Shown piece by piece: positions 54,098-64,000 of a stretch of DNA of 64,000 bases. Below the pieces are notes generated by a model. The model did not search any database. It saw only the letters and a program-made list of their open reading frames with translations, and had not been told where the DNA came from. The translations under genes were made by a program, and so were the position numbers. Within the stretch, counting starts at the first letter, position 1, and every line of letters begins with the position of its first letter. Source of the stretch: Candidatus Dojkabacteria bacterium (lineage in GTDB: Bacteria; Patescibacteriota; Dojkabacteria; JAOAGR01); contig JAOAGR010000002.1 of assembly GCA_026415655.1 (NCBI GenBank), positions 131,237 to 195,236 on the forward strand. Reading direction: 5' to 3'.

Positions 54098-55078
54098 ATG
54101 TCTCTAACACGCATAACAGAAAATTTGAGAAAAATGTTTCAAGGTTACTCAGTAGTAAATGTTGCCAGTGCAATATTTGAAATGTTTTCAATCTTGATGC
54201 CATTGTGCTCTCAGAGAGACGATTCATCTGACAATAGATTCGCCTGGACGAGCATAGATATTTATTCTTGCCAACATAGAGATCAAGAAATTAAATTTGA
54301 TGGTGTTAAAAGGATGGGACTATTCCAAAGATTACATGCCGCCGGTATTGCAAGGATAGTATATACGTTAGAAGGATATGGTCCTGCTTTTTTTCATCCG
54401 GCCTTCAGCGTTAAGCCTCCACAACCATCATCAGAGGAAAGTGTTCATAATTATTATCTGTTACTCTATTTTAATCTTGGAATAAAAAATTTTGTGCTTA
54501 GATTTCCTATTGGGACTTTGCATATTGATTGTGGACCAATAAAACAGCTAGAGACCGGTAAATTAATAGAATTGAATCAAGATAGATTAAAAGAATTGAA
54601 TCAAGATAGATTAAAAGAATTATCAGATTTACTACAAGATCAAAGATACGCTGTACAATTAGGAAGAGCAGCAATATTACCTGGATTTAGGCGTAGAAAT
54701 GCTGCTTCTAGGAATCATGCAATGAATGTAAATGGTTCAGATACTGGTAATATTTATCAAAAAGTAGGAAGGTTTGTGCAATCATTATTAATTGATATTT
54801 CTTCGTCACAACCACAACAAATATTCATAGTTTCACTTATAAATAAAGGTAATCAAGGTTCTTTGAGTGGATTCAAGAGAGTAGTAAGGGCAGCATTAAA
54901 TCTACAAACTGATGATGGTTTTGATAATTACATATATGCATTGCAATCACCTGAAATACCGTATTCTTATAGACATTTTATGAGATATTTTAGTGATATT
55001 AATATACTTGCTGTTCCCAGTCGTACAGTGAATCCTTCACAACATGAACAAACTAATGTCTCTACCAACATTACATAA
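54098..55078 (+). CDS. Orphan hypothetical protein
   Basis: 326-aa ORF divergent from dnaE; contains an 8-aa tandem duplication. Confidence 0.62.
   Translation: MSLTRITENLRKMFQGYSVVNVASAIFEMFSILMPLCSQRDDSSDNRFAWTSIDIYSCQHRDQEIKFDGVKRMGLFQRLHAAGIARIVYTLEGYGPAFFHPAFSVKPPQPSSEESVHNYYLLLYFNLGIKNFVLRFPIGTLHIDCGPIKQLETGKLIELNQDRLKELNQDRLKELSDLLQDQRYAVQLGRAAILPGFRRRNAASRNHAMNVNGSDTGNIYQKVGRFVQSLLIDISSSQPQQIFIVSLINKGNQGSLSGFKRVVRAALNLQTDDGFDNYIYALQSPEIPYSYRHFMRYFSDINILAVPSRTVNPSQHEQTNVSTNIT
54568..54621 (+). repeat. Perfect 24-bp in-frame tandem repeat (2.25 copies)
   Basis: AGAATTGAATCAAGATAGATTAAA twice plus AGAATT; encodes ELNQDRLK-ELNQDRLK-EL. Confidence 0.92.
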
Positions 55079-55097
55079 ATATGATTATAATTGATTG

Positions 55098-57452
55098 ATG
55101 GAAATATTTTTTTTTGTGTTATATGTGTCCATTATATTGTTTGAGGCATTTATTTTATTCATTTTGCGAAACTATGTTGAACGAAAATTTTATAAATTTG
55201 TTTTTTATTTTATATCTTTTCATATATTGTGGATGGCATCTGTTTATCTATTTTTGGCAACACATTTTTTGTCCAATTATTCGGAAGTTATAGACTATAT
55301 AAAAGGAATTCCGCATGCTTTTGGATTGCTTGCTATTTTTTTTGTTTATATTTTCCTATACAATATATCACTAAAAACCATCCACGGAATTAAGTTTTTT
55401 ATAATAACAAATCATTATATAATTATTATATTTACTTTTTTTAATTTTGTTATATGCTTATTCACGGATAATATAATTCAAGAAATTGATATAAACAATA
55501 CAAAACCAATATTTGGTCAACTATATTTTTTTTATATATTAAATGTGATTTATATATTAATTGTAAATATCATTATTGTTATATCTTCTATGGTTTTTAG
55601 TGTAAAAAAAAGTTTTTATACATACATCATATTGGGGTTGTTATTATCAGTTACTTGGGCTGTTATTACTAATTTATTTATACCTGTATTATTTCGGACG
55701 TCGTCTTATTCCTTATTAGGTCCTCTTGGGATTACTTTCTTTCTTTTCTCTGTATACCAAGCATATGTAAAAACGAAACTTTTATCACCAAGTACTATTT
55801 TAAAAAAGATTTTAATATATTCGATTATATCGATTTTTTCATATACAGTGTTTTATCTAGTCGCTTATATGGAAACTGTATTTTTTGGCTCTATATTTAG
55901 TCGAGAGGCGTATTTGTTTGGTATTTTAGTTGCTCCAACATTCGTGATTTTTTACGAACTTATTAATAGATCAATATATAGGTTCCCTTTGATCTTTCCA
56001 AAAGGTGTTACCACGAAAAATTATGTAGATGAATTTGCAATCACTATAAAATTGTCTCAGAATTTTGATAGAATAGAAACCAATCTAGACAATATACTTT
56101 CTATCTTAATTAATACTAATGAATATAGTATTATAATAACAGGACAATATATCTTTAATTCATTAAATACATCTCGTATTAAATTTGATCCAAATTGGGA
56201 CAAGAAACTTATTTTTTTTAAGGCAAAGAAGGAAATTATGAACCAATTATATGTTGTAAAAGATATAGTACAATTGGGCATTAAATATAATACTGATAGT
56301 TTGGCTTATTTGATAGATCACATGAACAAAAATAATTATGTAATATTTGGAATTTTCGGTGATGAATATGTCAAAATATGTATTTTTTTAGGGAGTAAGG
56401 ATAGATTTGACATAAATATTGAAATATTAGATCTATTATCGAAAGTAATGCACAATACTGCGGAAACAATATCGAAGATTGTCTTAAATGAAATTTTCAG
56501 AAAAAGACTGTTACTATTAAAGAACTCTATGTCAATTTTTATAGAAAAAGAAAAAGAACAAATAAAGATCGTACAAGAAAAATATCAGAGAGAAAAAGAT
56601 ATGCTTGGTATCATTGGTCATGAACTTAAAACACCTTTAACTGTTGCCAGGGGCAATATGGAGTTTTTATATGATAAAGTAATGAATGCGAATTCTATTA
56701 TTGAACTGGATCTTGATTATCTAAAAAAGAAAATAGATAAAATATTCAAGTCTATTTCAAAAGAAATTGATTTGGTACAAACTTTACTTAGCTCAGGGCA
56801 TGTAGAAAATGATAAAATCAGTTTTCAGTTTTCTCTTTTCAATTTTCTTGATGTTGTTGATTATTCGTATGAGCTATTTTCAGATGATGGTATAAGAAAA
56901 GGATTATGTGTAAATTATGAGAAGCCAACTGATTATGAAAATTATATTGTATTTTCCGATCAATCACGACTTTTAGAAATTACCAATAATCTCATTTCCA
57001 ATGCAATTAAATATACAGATAAAGGTGGGGTTGATATATTGATATCTCAAGATGGTGAAAGGATAATATTTAAAGTAAAGGATACTGGAAGAGGAATACC
57101 AAGGCATTTGCTTCATAAAATAGGACAAAAGTATTTTAGGATAGATCAGTATGGTAAGGGCAGCGATGACGCTAATGTTGTGCGTTCGGGAGGAACTGGA
57201 CTTGGTATATATGTAATTAAAAACATCTTAGATGCGATGGGTGGTAAATTAAATATAGTAAGCGAATATGGTGTTGGATCAACGTTTACTGCCTATATAC
57301 CAAAAGATGTACCAAACTATATAGCATCAAGAATTAATGATCTTGGATTTATGACTACAAATCCACTGGCAGTAAAGATATTTCAAGAAATCAAAGTATA
57401 TAGTGGAAAGGGTTCAAATATCACACAAACAACCCAGTCTCCGCAAATATAA
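55098..57452 (+). CDS. Multi-TM sensor histidine kinase
   Basis: About 9 N-terminal TMs; H-box GHELKTPL, N-box NNLISNAIKYT, G1 VKDTGRGI, G2 GGTGLGI. Confidence 0.92.
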   Translation: MEIFFFVLYVSIILFEAFILFILRNYVERKFYKFVFYFISFHILWMASVYLFLATHFLSNYSEVIDYIKGIPHAFGLLAIFFVYIFLYNISLKTIHGIKFFIITNHYIIIIFTFFNFVICLFTDNIIQEIDINNTKPIFGQLYFFYILNVIYILIVNIIIVISSMVFSVKKSFYTYIILGLLLSVTWAVITNLFIPVLFRTSSYSLLGPLGITFFLFSVYQAYVKTKLLSPSTILKKILIYSIISIFSYTVFYLVAYMETVFFGSIFSREAYLFGILVAPTFVIFYELINRSIYRFPLIFPKGVTTKNYVDEFAITIKLSQNFDRIETNLDNILSILINTNEYSIIITGQYIFNSLNTSRIKFDPNWDKKLIFFKAKKEIMNQLYVVKDIVQLGIKYNTDSLAYLIDHMNKNNYVIFGIFGDEYVKICIFLGSKDRFDINIEILDLLSKVMHNTAETISKIVLNEIFRKRLLLLKNSMSIFIEKEKEQIKIVQEKYQREKDMLGIIGHELKTPLTVARGNMEFLYDKVMNANSIIELDLDYLKKKIDKIFKSISKEIDLVQTLLSSGHVENDKISFQFSLFNFLDVVDYSYELFSDDGIRKGLCVNYEKPTDYENYIVFSDQSRLLEITNNLISNAIKYTDKGGVDILISQDGERIIFKVKDTGRGIPRHLLHKIGQKYFRIDQYGKGSDDANVVRSGGTGLGIYVIKNILDAMGGKLNIVSEYGVGSTFTAYIPKDVPNYIASRINDLGFMTTNPLAVKIFQEIKVYSGKGSNITQTTQSPQI

Positions 57453-57481
57453 TATTGTTATATATGATAAAATAATACATT

Positions 57482-58927
57482 ATGGATAGTGGAAGATTGG
57501 TAGATATATCAAAAAATTCTAACAATATTATCTTTATATTGCCAGAATTTGTCACTATAGACGTAGTTTCTGCTACATTACTTTTGGCAAGATTTTACAA
57601 AAATAATGGTAAAGAAGTCACCTTGGGGCATTCAGGTAAATTGGGCAAATATGCGGAGTATCTGATTGAATATGCTGGATTTAAGGTATCCGATATTAAA
57701 AAATCTATAGATCCAATATCTTATGTGGTGAAGATTAAAGATTTAAATGATCAGGTTTATGTTGGATATAAACAAGTTGATGATATTTTAGAAATATACG
57801 TAACCCCAGAAAATAAGGCTGTGGACTTTTCTAAAATAGTTTACACAAAAACCGGAGGAATATATGATACAAATATTTATTTAGGTTGTTCCGATATATC
57901 TGTTTTGGGAAGTATTTATACAGATTTTGCTGCAAAATATGAAAAATTTAATAATATACCAATAAATAAGAATAATTCTGACATAACATTGGCAGAATTC
58001 GTTTGGGAGTTAATAGTTTCAGAGGGTGCCCATTTTAGCGAAATTGATGCTAAACTGGTTGCTTATGGAATAATTTTCGGCACTAGATTTTTGCAAAATA
58101 TCCGATCAAATAGTACTTATAAATTTATTGAATCCTTACAGTCCATATATAAAATAAACTTAACAGAGATTATCAGTAATATATATGGTGATGATCTGGT
58201 TTATAAACTGAGGAAAAAAGTATATTCAAAAGCTGTGTTAGATAATGTGCGAAAAGCTGTCTATGTTTTAGTAAATACTGATGAACTCGAAAATATGGAT
58301 ATTGATCTTTTATTTTCTTTTTTCGTACTTTCTGATGGAATAAACACGATACTGGTAGAAATTGATGAGAAGTCTCTTTATTTTATCACAAACCGTAGTG
58401 ACCTAATTAATTTTAAATCACAGATAATTATCGATGGAATTAATTATATTTATCGTGAAAAATCGCACGAAGCATTGACCGACGTTATGAATTTTATATC
58501 TTATGGATTTAGTATTGCCCAGAATCAGGTAGTTGAAGACACAAAAAGTGTTGTAGAAGAAAATAAAGTATTTCAACAGTATTCGAGTATAACGCCAAGT
58601 ACATCTCAAACCCAAAACATAACAGATACAAAAACCAATTTTAATTATCACTCAGTTGATCAAACAGCACCACAACATATTTCTGAAAATACTGCGAACA
58701 TATATGATCATAGTTCATTTACGACACAATCGAATTCATTTAATAACCCATCCTATTCTTCAAATAATACCTCTGGATATGGCGCTTCAAATATATCAAA
58801 TAACAATCAGGCTAATGATCAAAGTCCTCCTTTTGTACCATCAAACGAGGTAGTCATAGATCCGAATGCAAAGCCATATTATGTACCAAATAGTTCTACT
58901 GCTTCTCCTTTTCAAAAGGCAAATTAA
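57482..58927 (+). CDS. Degenerate DHH-phosphoesterase-like protein with low-complexity tail
   Basis: N-terminus IIFILPEFVTIDVVSATLLLARFYKNNGKEV resembles DHH motif I; no DHH triad found. Confidence 0.55.
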   Translation: MDSGRLVDISKNSNNIIFILPEFVTIDVVSATLLLARFYKNNGKEVTLGHSGKLGKYAEYLIEYAGFKVSDIKKSIDPISYVVKIKDLNDQVYVGYKQVDDILEIYVTPENKAVDFSKIVYTKTGGIYDTNIYLGCSDISVLGSIYTDFAAKYEKFNNIPINKNNSDITLAEFVWELIVSEGAHFSEIDAKLVAYGIIFGTRFLQNIRSNSTYKFIESLQSIYKINLTEIISNIYGDDLVYKLRKKVYSKAVLDNVRKAVYVLVNTDELENMDIDLLFSFFVLSDGINTILVEIDEKSLYFITNRSDLINFKSQIIIDGINYIYREKSHEALTDVMNFISYGFSIAQNQVVEDTKSVVEENKVFQQYSSITPSTSQTQNITDTKTNFNYHSVDQTAPQHISENTANIYDHSSFTTQSNSFNNPSYSSNNTSGYGASNISNNNQANDQSPPFVPSNEVVIDPNAKPYYVPNSSTASPFQKAN

Positions 58928-58981
58928 GAGATATTTACATCTTTGGAAAAAATGTCTATTCTATTATTAGAATAGACGCAT

Positions 58982-59542
58982 ATGAGTCGATCAAAAAATA
59001 ATAATCAAAAAGAGAATCTTATTTATGATTTGGTAGATTTGTCTTTGATTCCAGCCTTTCTTTTGATTCTAGCTAAAGTTGGGGGTATTGCTTTTTTAAA
59101 TTGGATTTTGAATTTGGATTGGAGAATAGTTCAGGATAACGGTTTGTTTATTAGTTTTAAGTTGACCTATCCCACCTTAGAGCAAGTTGTAATTGTTAAT
59201 TCATACTCAAATCTTTTTATGTATATTTGTATACTTGCGGGAGTTATGGTAGTTACTTCAAAGTCGATGCTTTTGAATCATAAAAAGGCTTCGCCATATC
59301 TTGTCTTGAAACTTGCAAAAATGGACTTGCTACATCTTTTGCAGACATCAATCAAAATTTACAAGGAAGTATTTGTATGGATATTATTTTTGATTGTTAC
59401 GACTGTTTATATATTCATATCATTCTTGTTAGAACTTAATTATGCTTGGATAGCTGGATTAACATTAGTAACAACTTTAGTCATTTTGTGGATTATCATA
59501 CAGAATATCGAAGAAGATGTTTTGTATACAAAATACAAGTAA
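58982..59542 (+). CDS. 4-TM membrane protein, hypothetical
   Basis: Four hydrophobic segments; TAGAAT 8 nt before the ATG. Confidence 0.75.
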   Translation: MSRSKNNNQKENLIYDLVDLSLIPAFLLILAKVGGIAFLNWILNLDWRIVQDNGLFISFKLTYPTLEQVVIVNSYSNLFMYICILAGVMVVTSKSMLLNHKKASPYLVLKLAKMDLLHLLQTSIKIYKEVFVWILFLIVTTVYIFISFLLELNYAWIAGLTLVTTLVILWIIIQNIEEDVLYTKYK

Positions 59543-59581
59543 CTAGAAATTTTTATAAAAATATTCTAAATTAGTGTAGAT

Positions 59582-60292
59582 ATGGAAAATGTAATACAAA
59601 AAATAAATAAAATTGGACATTATTTGAATATTTCATCAGAGTCATTCATGTTATTTGCTCTGGTGTGTATTTTTGCTATCCCTTTTGTAATTGCAAAAAG
59701 TATCGAGCCAGCTGTCCAAACAGATAATAGCTCTAATATTGCTTATATTTACGTACCCGTCAATAACACAAACACAAATCTTGCTGCAAATTCTGGACAA
59801 GGAAACACGACAGAGAATTCACAAAATCAAGAGATCTCTGATAACAATTTAGCTAGCAATGCTATCACACTACCAAATGTACTAGGTTTAATATTAGAAA
59901 ATAATAATGTAATAGCTGATCAGGCTTCACAAAGTTTGTTAAAAGTAAATCTTGTTGATGAACATGAATATATGTTTGATAAATTCGAATATAGCGTTAC
60001 TAGTGAAGAAGAGTATAGACTTAGAATATCTTCCGGTAAACAAATGGATGGTATTGAAATATTGAGAGTAGTAAATAGTTCTACTGAGTCACGTCTGTTT
60101 TCGGTGGATGTACGTAGTTTTTCGGGTGATATACAATTTATAAAATTGAAAGTAGGAGATGTAGCGATAAATATCTCTGATGTAGTTTGGCCTCAGTACT
60201 TTACTATAGAACCTACTCAGGAGGTATCGATATTTTTCTCATATTCATCAGTAAAACCATTTGACATTGACATCCAAATCAAAAACTATTAA
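59582..60292 (+). CDS. Membrane-anchored hypothetical protein
   Basis: N-terminal TM, Asn-rich linker, beta-rich C-terminus; 12 bp upstream of the pilin gene. Confidence 0.72.
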   Translation: MENVIQKINKIGHYLNISSESFMLFALVCIFAIPFVIAKSIEPAVQTDNSSNIAYIYVPVNNTNTNLAANSGQGNTTENSQNQEISDNNLASNAITLPNVLGLILENNNVIADQASQSLLKVNLVDEHEYMFDKFEYSVTSEEEYRLRISSGKQMDGIEILRVVNSSTESRLFSVDVRSFSGDIQFIKLKVGDVAINISDVVWPQYFTIEPTQEVSIFFSYSSVKPFDIDIQIKNY

Positions 60293-60304
60293 TAAATATA
60301 CTGT

Positions 60305-60835
60305 ATGGCAAAAATAAAAATAAATAACCAACTCAAAGGTTTTTCACTCGTAGAAATAATCGTAGTACTAGCAATTATTGGGATTTTGGTTGGTATAGCT
60401 ATACCAGCTATTTTGGCGGCTCAAAGAAGTTCTAGACAGACTGCACAGGAAGCTGTTATGAATACAATAAGAACAGGTTATAGCTCTAATTTTACGAAGA
60501 CATCTTTTAGATCATTTATAATAGCTCCTACTAATAATTTGTGTCCTACCAGTGTTAGCAGTACAGCATATGCACAGACCAGTACTGTGAATCCGAATAG
60601 TAGGTTTTTTATTGTTTCTACCTCAAATGGCAGTAATAGTGGTCCTGGTGTCAGTATAGAATGTTTTTCGGCAGAGAATAGGAGTCAGTTTAATATTCAT
60701 CGTCTTGTTTCCGGGACTTGTTCAGATGCAAATAATCGTAGTGATGCTCAAAATATTAGATTTATAGATAATGGTACTACTCTATTTTATTGTACAGAGG
60801 ATGGATCTTCTAAGGAATTTCCATATAGGTCCTGA
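60305..60835 (+). CDS. Type IV pilin/pseudopilin
   Basis: Class III signal KG|FSLVEIIVVLAIIGILVGIAIP with Glu5; four Cys in the globular domain. Confidence 0.9.
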   Translation: MAKIKINNQLKGFSLVEIIVVLAIIGILVGIAIPAILAAQRSSRQTAQEAVMNTIRTGYSSNFTKTSFRSFIIAPTNNLCPTSVSSTAYAQTSTVNPNSRFFIVSTSNGSNSGPGVSIECFSAENRSQFNIHRLVSGTCSDANNRSDAQNIRFIDNGTTLFYCTEDGSSKEFPYRS

Positions 60836-60860
60836 TATAATTTCTACTTTTAGTTATTTT

Positions 60861-60890
60861 AATCCTTGGTCTTTACCAAGGATTTTTTTT
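60861..60890 (+). terminator. Intrinsic terminator after the pilin gene
   Basis: AATCCTTGGT-CTTT-ACCAAGGATT followed by a T run. Confidence 0.85.
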
Positions 60891-60907
60891 ATTTGTATAA
60901 TGCCTTT

Positions 60908-62773
60908 ATGGATATTAGCAAGATTCGTAATTTTTGCATTATTGCTCATATTGATCATGGTAAATCTACTCTTTCGGATAGGCTTATTGAAATAACAAAT
61001 ACAGTGGAAAAAAGGAAATTGGAAGATCAATTTTTGGACAATTTAGATCTTGAGAAAGAACGAGGGATTACAATAAAGCTTCAAACCGTAAGAATGATTT
61101 ATAGATTTAATAATGAGGATTATGTCTTAAATCTTATTGATACCCCAGGACATGTTGATTTTTCTTATGAGGTTTCTAGATCTATGGCTGCATGCGAAGG
61201 CGCAATTCTTTTGATAGATGCAACTCAAGGTATTGAAGCACAAACAATTTCTAACGCCTTTAAGGCAATGGAACATAATCTGAAAATTATTCCAGTTGTC
61301 AACAAAATAGATCTGCCAAATGCAGAACCTGAAAAGCGAGCTATAGAAGTATGTGAAACATTTGGTTTTGATTTGGATGAAATTTTATTTGTATCTGGTA
61401 AAACAGGTGAAGGAGTTGATAGTCTTTTGCATGCTATTGTCAATCGAATACCAGCACCGAAACAACATACTACATTAGATTCTGTACAGGCTCTAATATT
61501 TGATTCCTTTTTTGATGAATACAAAGGTGTTGTTGCATTGGTACGTATCATGGATGGTTTCATCAGCCAAGATGACCTACAGAGAAATCATAGTTTATAT
61601 TTATATAGTACTAATTTAACATTTAATCCTATTGAGGTTGGATATTTGAAACCTAATTTATCTCCTAGTAAATGTCTATATACAGGTGAAGTGGGTTATG
61701 TCGCCACCGGTGAAAAAAATATAAGAAATGTTCAAGTGGGTGATACCATAACATTTGTTGATAACAAACTACCTAAGTTACCTGGTTATAAACGTCCAAA
61801 GTCTATGGTTTATGCTAGTTTATATCCAGTTGATGCAAATCAACAAACTGAATTACGGGAGTCATTGGAAAAACTGGCACTAAATGATTCTTCATTAAAT
61901 TTCGTACCTGAATACTCAAAGGCATTAGGTTCGGGATTTAGGTGTGGCTTTTTGGGCCTTTTGCATATGGATGTTGTTCAAGAAAGGCTCGAGAGAGAAT
62001 ACAGTGTGGATCTAATACTTACTGCACCTTCTGTGGAGTACAAAGTAAAATTAAAATCTATTAAAACAAAAAATAATAATTATAAACCTTCAGATTTTGA
62101 TGAAAATGGTTTACTTACTATTACTACGGCATCTGATTTACCTGATATGAGCATGGTGGACAGTATTTTAGAACCATGGATGAAGGTAGAGATTGTAACT
62201 GCAGCTGAGTATATAGGTGATGTTATGAAACTATGTAGTAGTCGTAGATCAATTTATAAAAATACAGAATATATTGGTAGCACGGCAAATATGTCTCGTG
62301 TAATATTACACTATGAAATGCCATTGATAGAGATAATAAATGACTTTTTCGATAACTTAAAATCAGTTACTCATGGATATGCATCCTTGGATTATTCCTT
62401 CATAGAGTATCGGGTGGGTGATATCGTAAAAGTTGATATTCTAATAAACAACGAAAAAGTTGATGCTCTTTCTTTTTTGATTGATCGTTCTCAAGCTATG
62501 TCGGAGGGAAGGAGAATTGTTGAGAACTTAAAAAAACTTATTCCAAAGCATTTATTCAAAATTCCATTACAAGCTACAATTGGGGGCAAGATCATTGCTA
62601 GGGAAGATATACCAGCGATAAAAAAAGATGTATTAAAAGTGTTATCAGGTGGTGATCATACTCGAAAATTAAAACAATTGGAAAAACAAAAAGAAGGAAA
62701 AAAAAGACTAAAAATGTATGGAAAAGTTTCTATACCACAAGAAGCATTTTTATCTATACTAAAGAAATCTTAG
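60908..62773 (+). CDS. lepA: Elongation factor 4
   Basis: IRNFCIIAHIDHGKSTLSDR, DTPGHVDF, GFRCGFLGLLHM, LEKQKEGKKRLK; ATG 6 nt after TATAAT. Confidence 0.97.
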   Translation: MDISKIRNFCIIAHIDHGKSTLSDRLIEITNTVEKRKLEDQFLDNLDLEKERGITIKLQTVRMIYRFNNEDYVLNLIDTPGHVDFSYEVSRSMAACEGAILLIDATQGIEAQTISNAFKAMEHNLKIIPVVNKIDLPNAEPEKRAIEVCETFGFDLDEILFVSGKTGEGVDSLLHAIVNRIPAPKQHTTLDSVQALIFDSFFDEYKGVVALVRIMDGFISQDDLQRNHSLYLYSTNLTFNPIEVGYLKPNLSPSKCLYTGEVGYVATGEKNIRNVQVGDTITFVDNKLPKLPGYKRPKSMVYASLYPVDANQQTELRESLEKLALNDSSLNFVPEYSKALGSGFRCGFLGLLHMDVVQERLEREYSVDLILTAPSVEYKVKLKSIKTKNNNYKPSDFDENGLLTITTASDLPDMSMVDSILEPWMKVEIVTAAEYIGDVMKLCSSRRSIYKNTEYIGSTANMSRVILHYEMPLIEIINDFFDNLKSVTHGYASLDYSFIEYRVGDIVKVDILINNEKVDALSFLIDRSQAMSEGRRIVENLKKLIPKHLFKIPLQATIGGKIIAREDIPAIKKDVLKVLSGGDHTRKLKQLEKQKEGKKRLKMYGKVSIPQEAFLSILKKS

Positions 62774-62858
62774 AGATTTGATTTTATTTTTAGCTATCTT
62801 TCAAATGTTTACTAATTAATTATTAAATTAATGTTCCGAATGTTTCAGTTGGGAAAAA

Positions 62859-64000
62859 TTACAAACTGTGTAATGTATTTATAAATTCATTATTTGTATA
62901 TGTAGATTTTAATCTATCAATAAGTGCAGTACTAGCATCATCACCTAAACTTTTTAACATGCGTCTAATTTTCCAAGAAATCTGTAACCCTTCTGTTCCT
63001 AAAAGCAATTCCTCGTTCCTGGTGCCTGAATGAACTACATCAATTGCGGGAAAAACTCTTTGATTTGCTAATTTACGATCGAGTTTTAGTTCCATGTTTC
63101 CAGTACCCTTAAACTCTTCAAAAATGACGTCATCCATTTTTGATCCTGTATCAACAAGTGCAGTAGCAATGATTGTAAGAGAAGCTCCATTTTCAAAGTT
63201 TCTTGCTGCTCCAAAAAATCTTTTTGAAGGATAAAGAGCATTTGGATCAAGACCGCCAGAAAGTGTACGACCTGAAGCAGGTAATGCTACATTGTATGCA
63301 CGGGCAAGCCTTGTAAGCGAGTCCATGAGTATCACTACATCCTTTCCTGATTCTACAAGTCTTTTTGACCTTTCTAATGCTAATTCAGCAACCAAGACTT
63401 GATGTTTTGGATCTTCATCAAAGTTGGATGCATAGACTATACCATTGACAGATCTTTCGATATCAGTGACCTCTTCGGGTCTTTCACCAATTAATACTAT
63501 TATGAGTTGTATATTAGGATAATTTGTATTGATGCCTTTAGCTATATCTTTTAATAAGTATGTTTTACCAGCTTTTGGGGGAGCCACTATCATCCCTCTT
63601 TGACCAAATCCTACGGGTGATAATATATCAATTATTCGATTAGCAATAGGATATTGACCTATTTCTAATTTAATTTGCTTATTTGGATATATTGGCTTTA
63701 ATTCATCAAAATGAACACGGTTTATATTTATATATTCTTCAACATGTATACCATTTACTTTTGTTACGTTGACAACGGCACGGTAACGTTCGTTATCTTT
63801 GGGAAGTCTAGCTTGCGCTTCTATAAAATCACCCCTTCTAAGTTTTAATTTTTTGATATGAGAAATTGATATATAAACATCCTTATCAGATGGAGATAAT
63901 TTCGGAGTACGCAATATACCATGAGAATTATCTGGCATTATGTCTAAAATTCCATCAACTTCTAGTAGCGGTTCATGAAGTAATATTGTATTAGCGTTAT
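62859..64000 (-). CDS. rho: Transcription termination factor Rho; 5' end outside the window
   Basis: [53 protein letters not shown]; frame open to the window edge. Confidence 0.96.
   Translation of the reverse strand, partial: NANTILLHEPLLEVDGILDIMPDNSHGILRTPKLSPSDKDVYISISHIKKLKLRRGDFIEAQARLPKDNERYRAVVNVTKVNGIHVEEYININRVHFDELKPIYPNKQIKLEIGQYPIANRIIDILSPVGFGQRGMIVAPPKAGKTYLLKDIAKGINTNYPNIQLIIVLIGERPEEVTDIERSVNGIVYASNFDEDPKHQVLVAELALERSKRLVESGKDVVILMDSLTRLARAYNVALPASGRTLSGGLDPNALYPSKRFFGAARNFENGASLTIIATALVDTGSKMDDVIFEEFKGTGNMELKLDRKLANQRVFPAIDVVHSGTRNEELLLGTEGLQISWKIRRMLKSLGDDASTALIDRLKSTYTNNEFINTLHSL

Noticed and set aside
2208-61563. Many short antisense or nested ORFs (e.g. 2208, 7971, 8346, 18740, 52797, 61225)
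   Set aside because: Shadows of well-supported genes with no independent motifs.
1-64000. Genome-wide UGA recoding (code 25 or 4) suggested by in-frame TGAs
   Set aside because: Core genes translate full length in code 11, and several (mreB, eno, glyQS) end at TGA at the expected C-terminus.

Overview
AT-rich bacterial chromosome segment in the standard genetic code. Scattered, non-operonic housekeeping genes, very little biosynthesis and many orphan single-pass membrane proteins suggest a reduced-genome CPR/Patescibacteria organism (inference; lineage not provable here). Core genes: partial photolyase (missed by the ORF track), mreB, rplKA, nth, archaeal-type aspS, ftsH, thrS, glyQS, eno, cysS, rplJL, rpoD, lepB, leuS, dnaE, lepA and partial rho, plus tRNAs Gly-GCC, Ser-GGA, Cys-GCA and Lys-CTT. 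No CRISPR array, integrase, transposase or prophage was seen. Main observations: (1) an ECF sigma factor among three paralogous membrane-anchored ectodomain proteins, only one with an anti-sigma-like cytoplasmic N-terminus, divergent from a MacB/LolCDE-type ABC transporter; (2) a -10 box 5-8 nt before the ATG in about 17 genes with no Shine-Dalgarno, i.e. apparently pervasive leaderless transcription; (3) two ORFs broken by a single in-frame TGA and one by an A9 tract; (4) a DnaE with a degenerate PHP site and a Cys/His insertion, and a LeuRS with a Cys-rich insertion; (5) candidate structured RNAs. All alignments and folds were made by eye.
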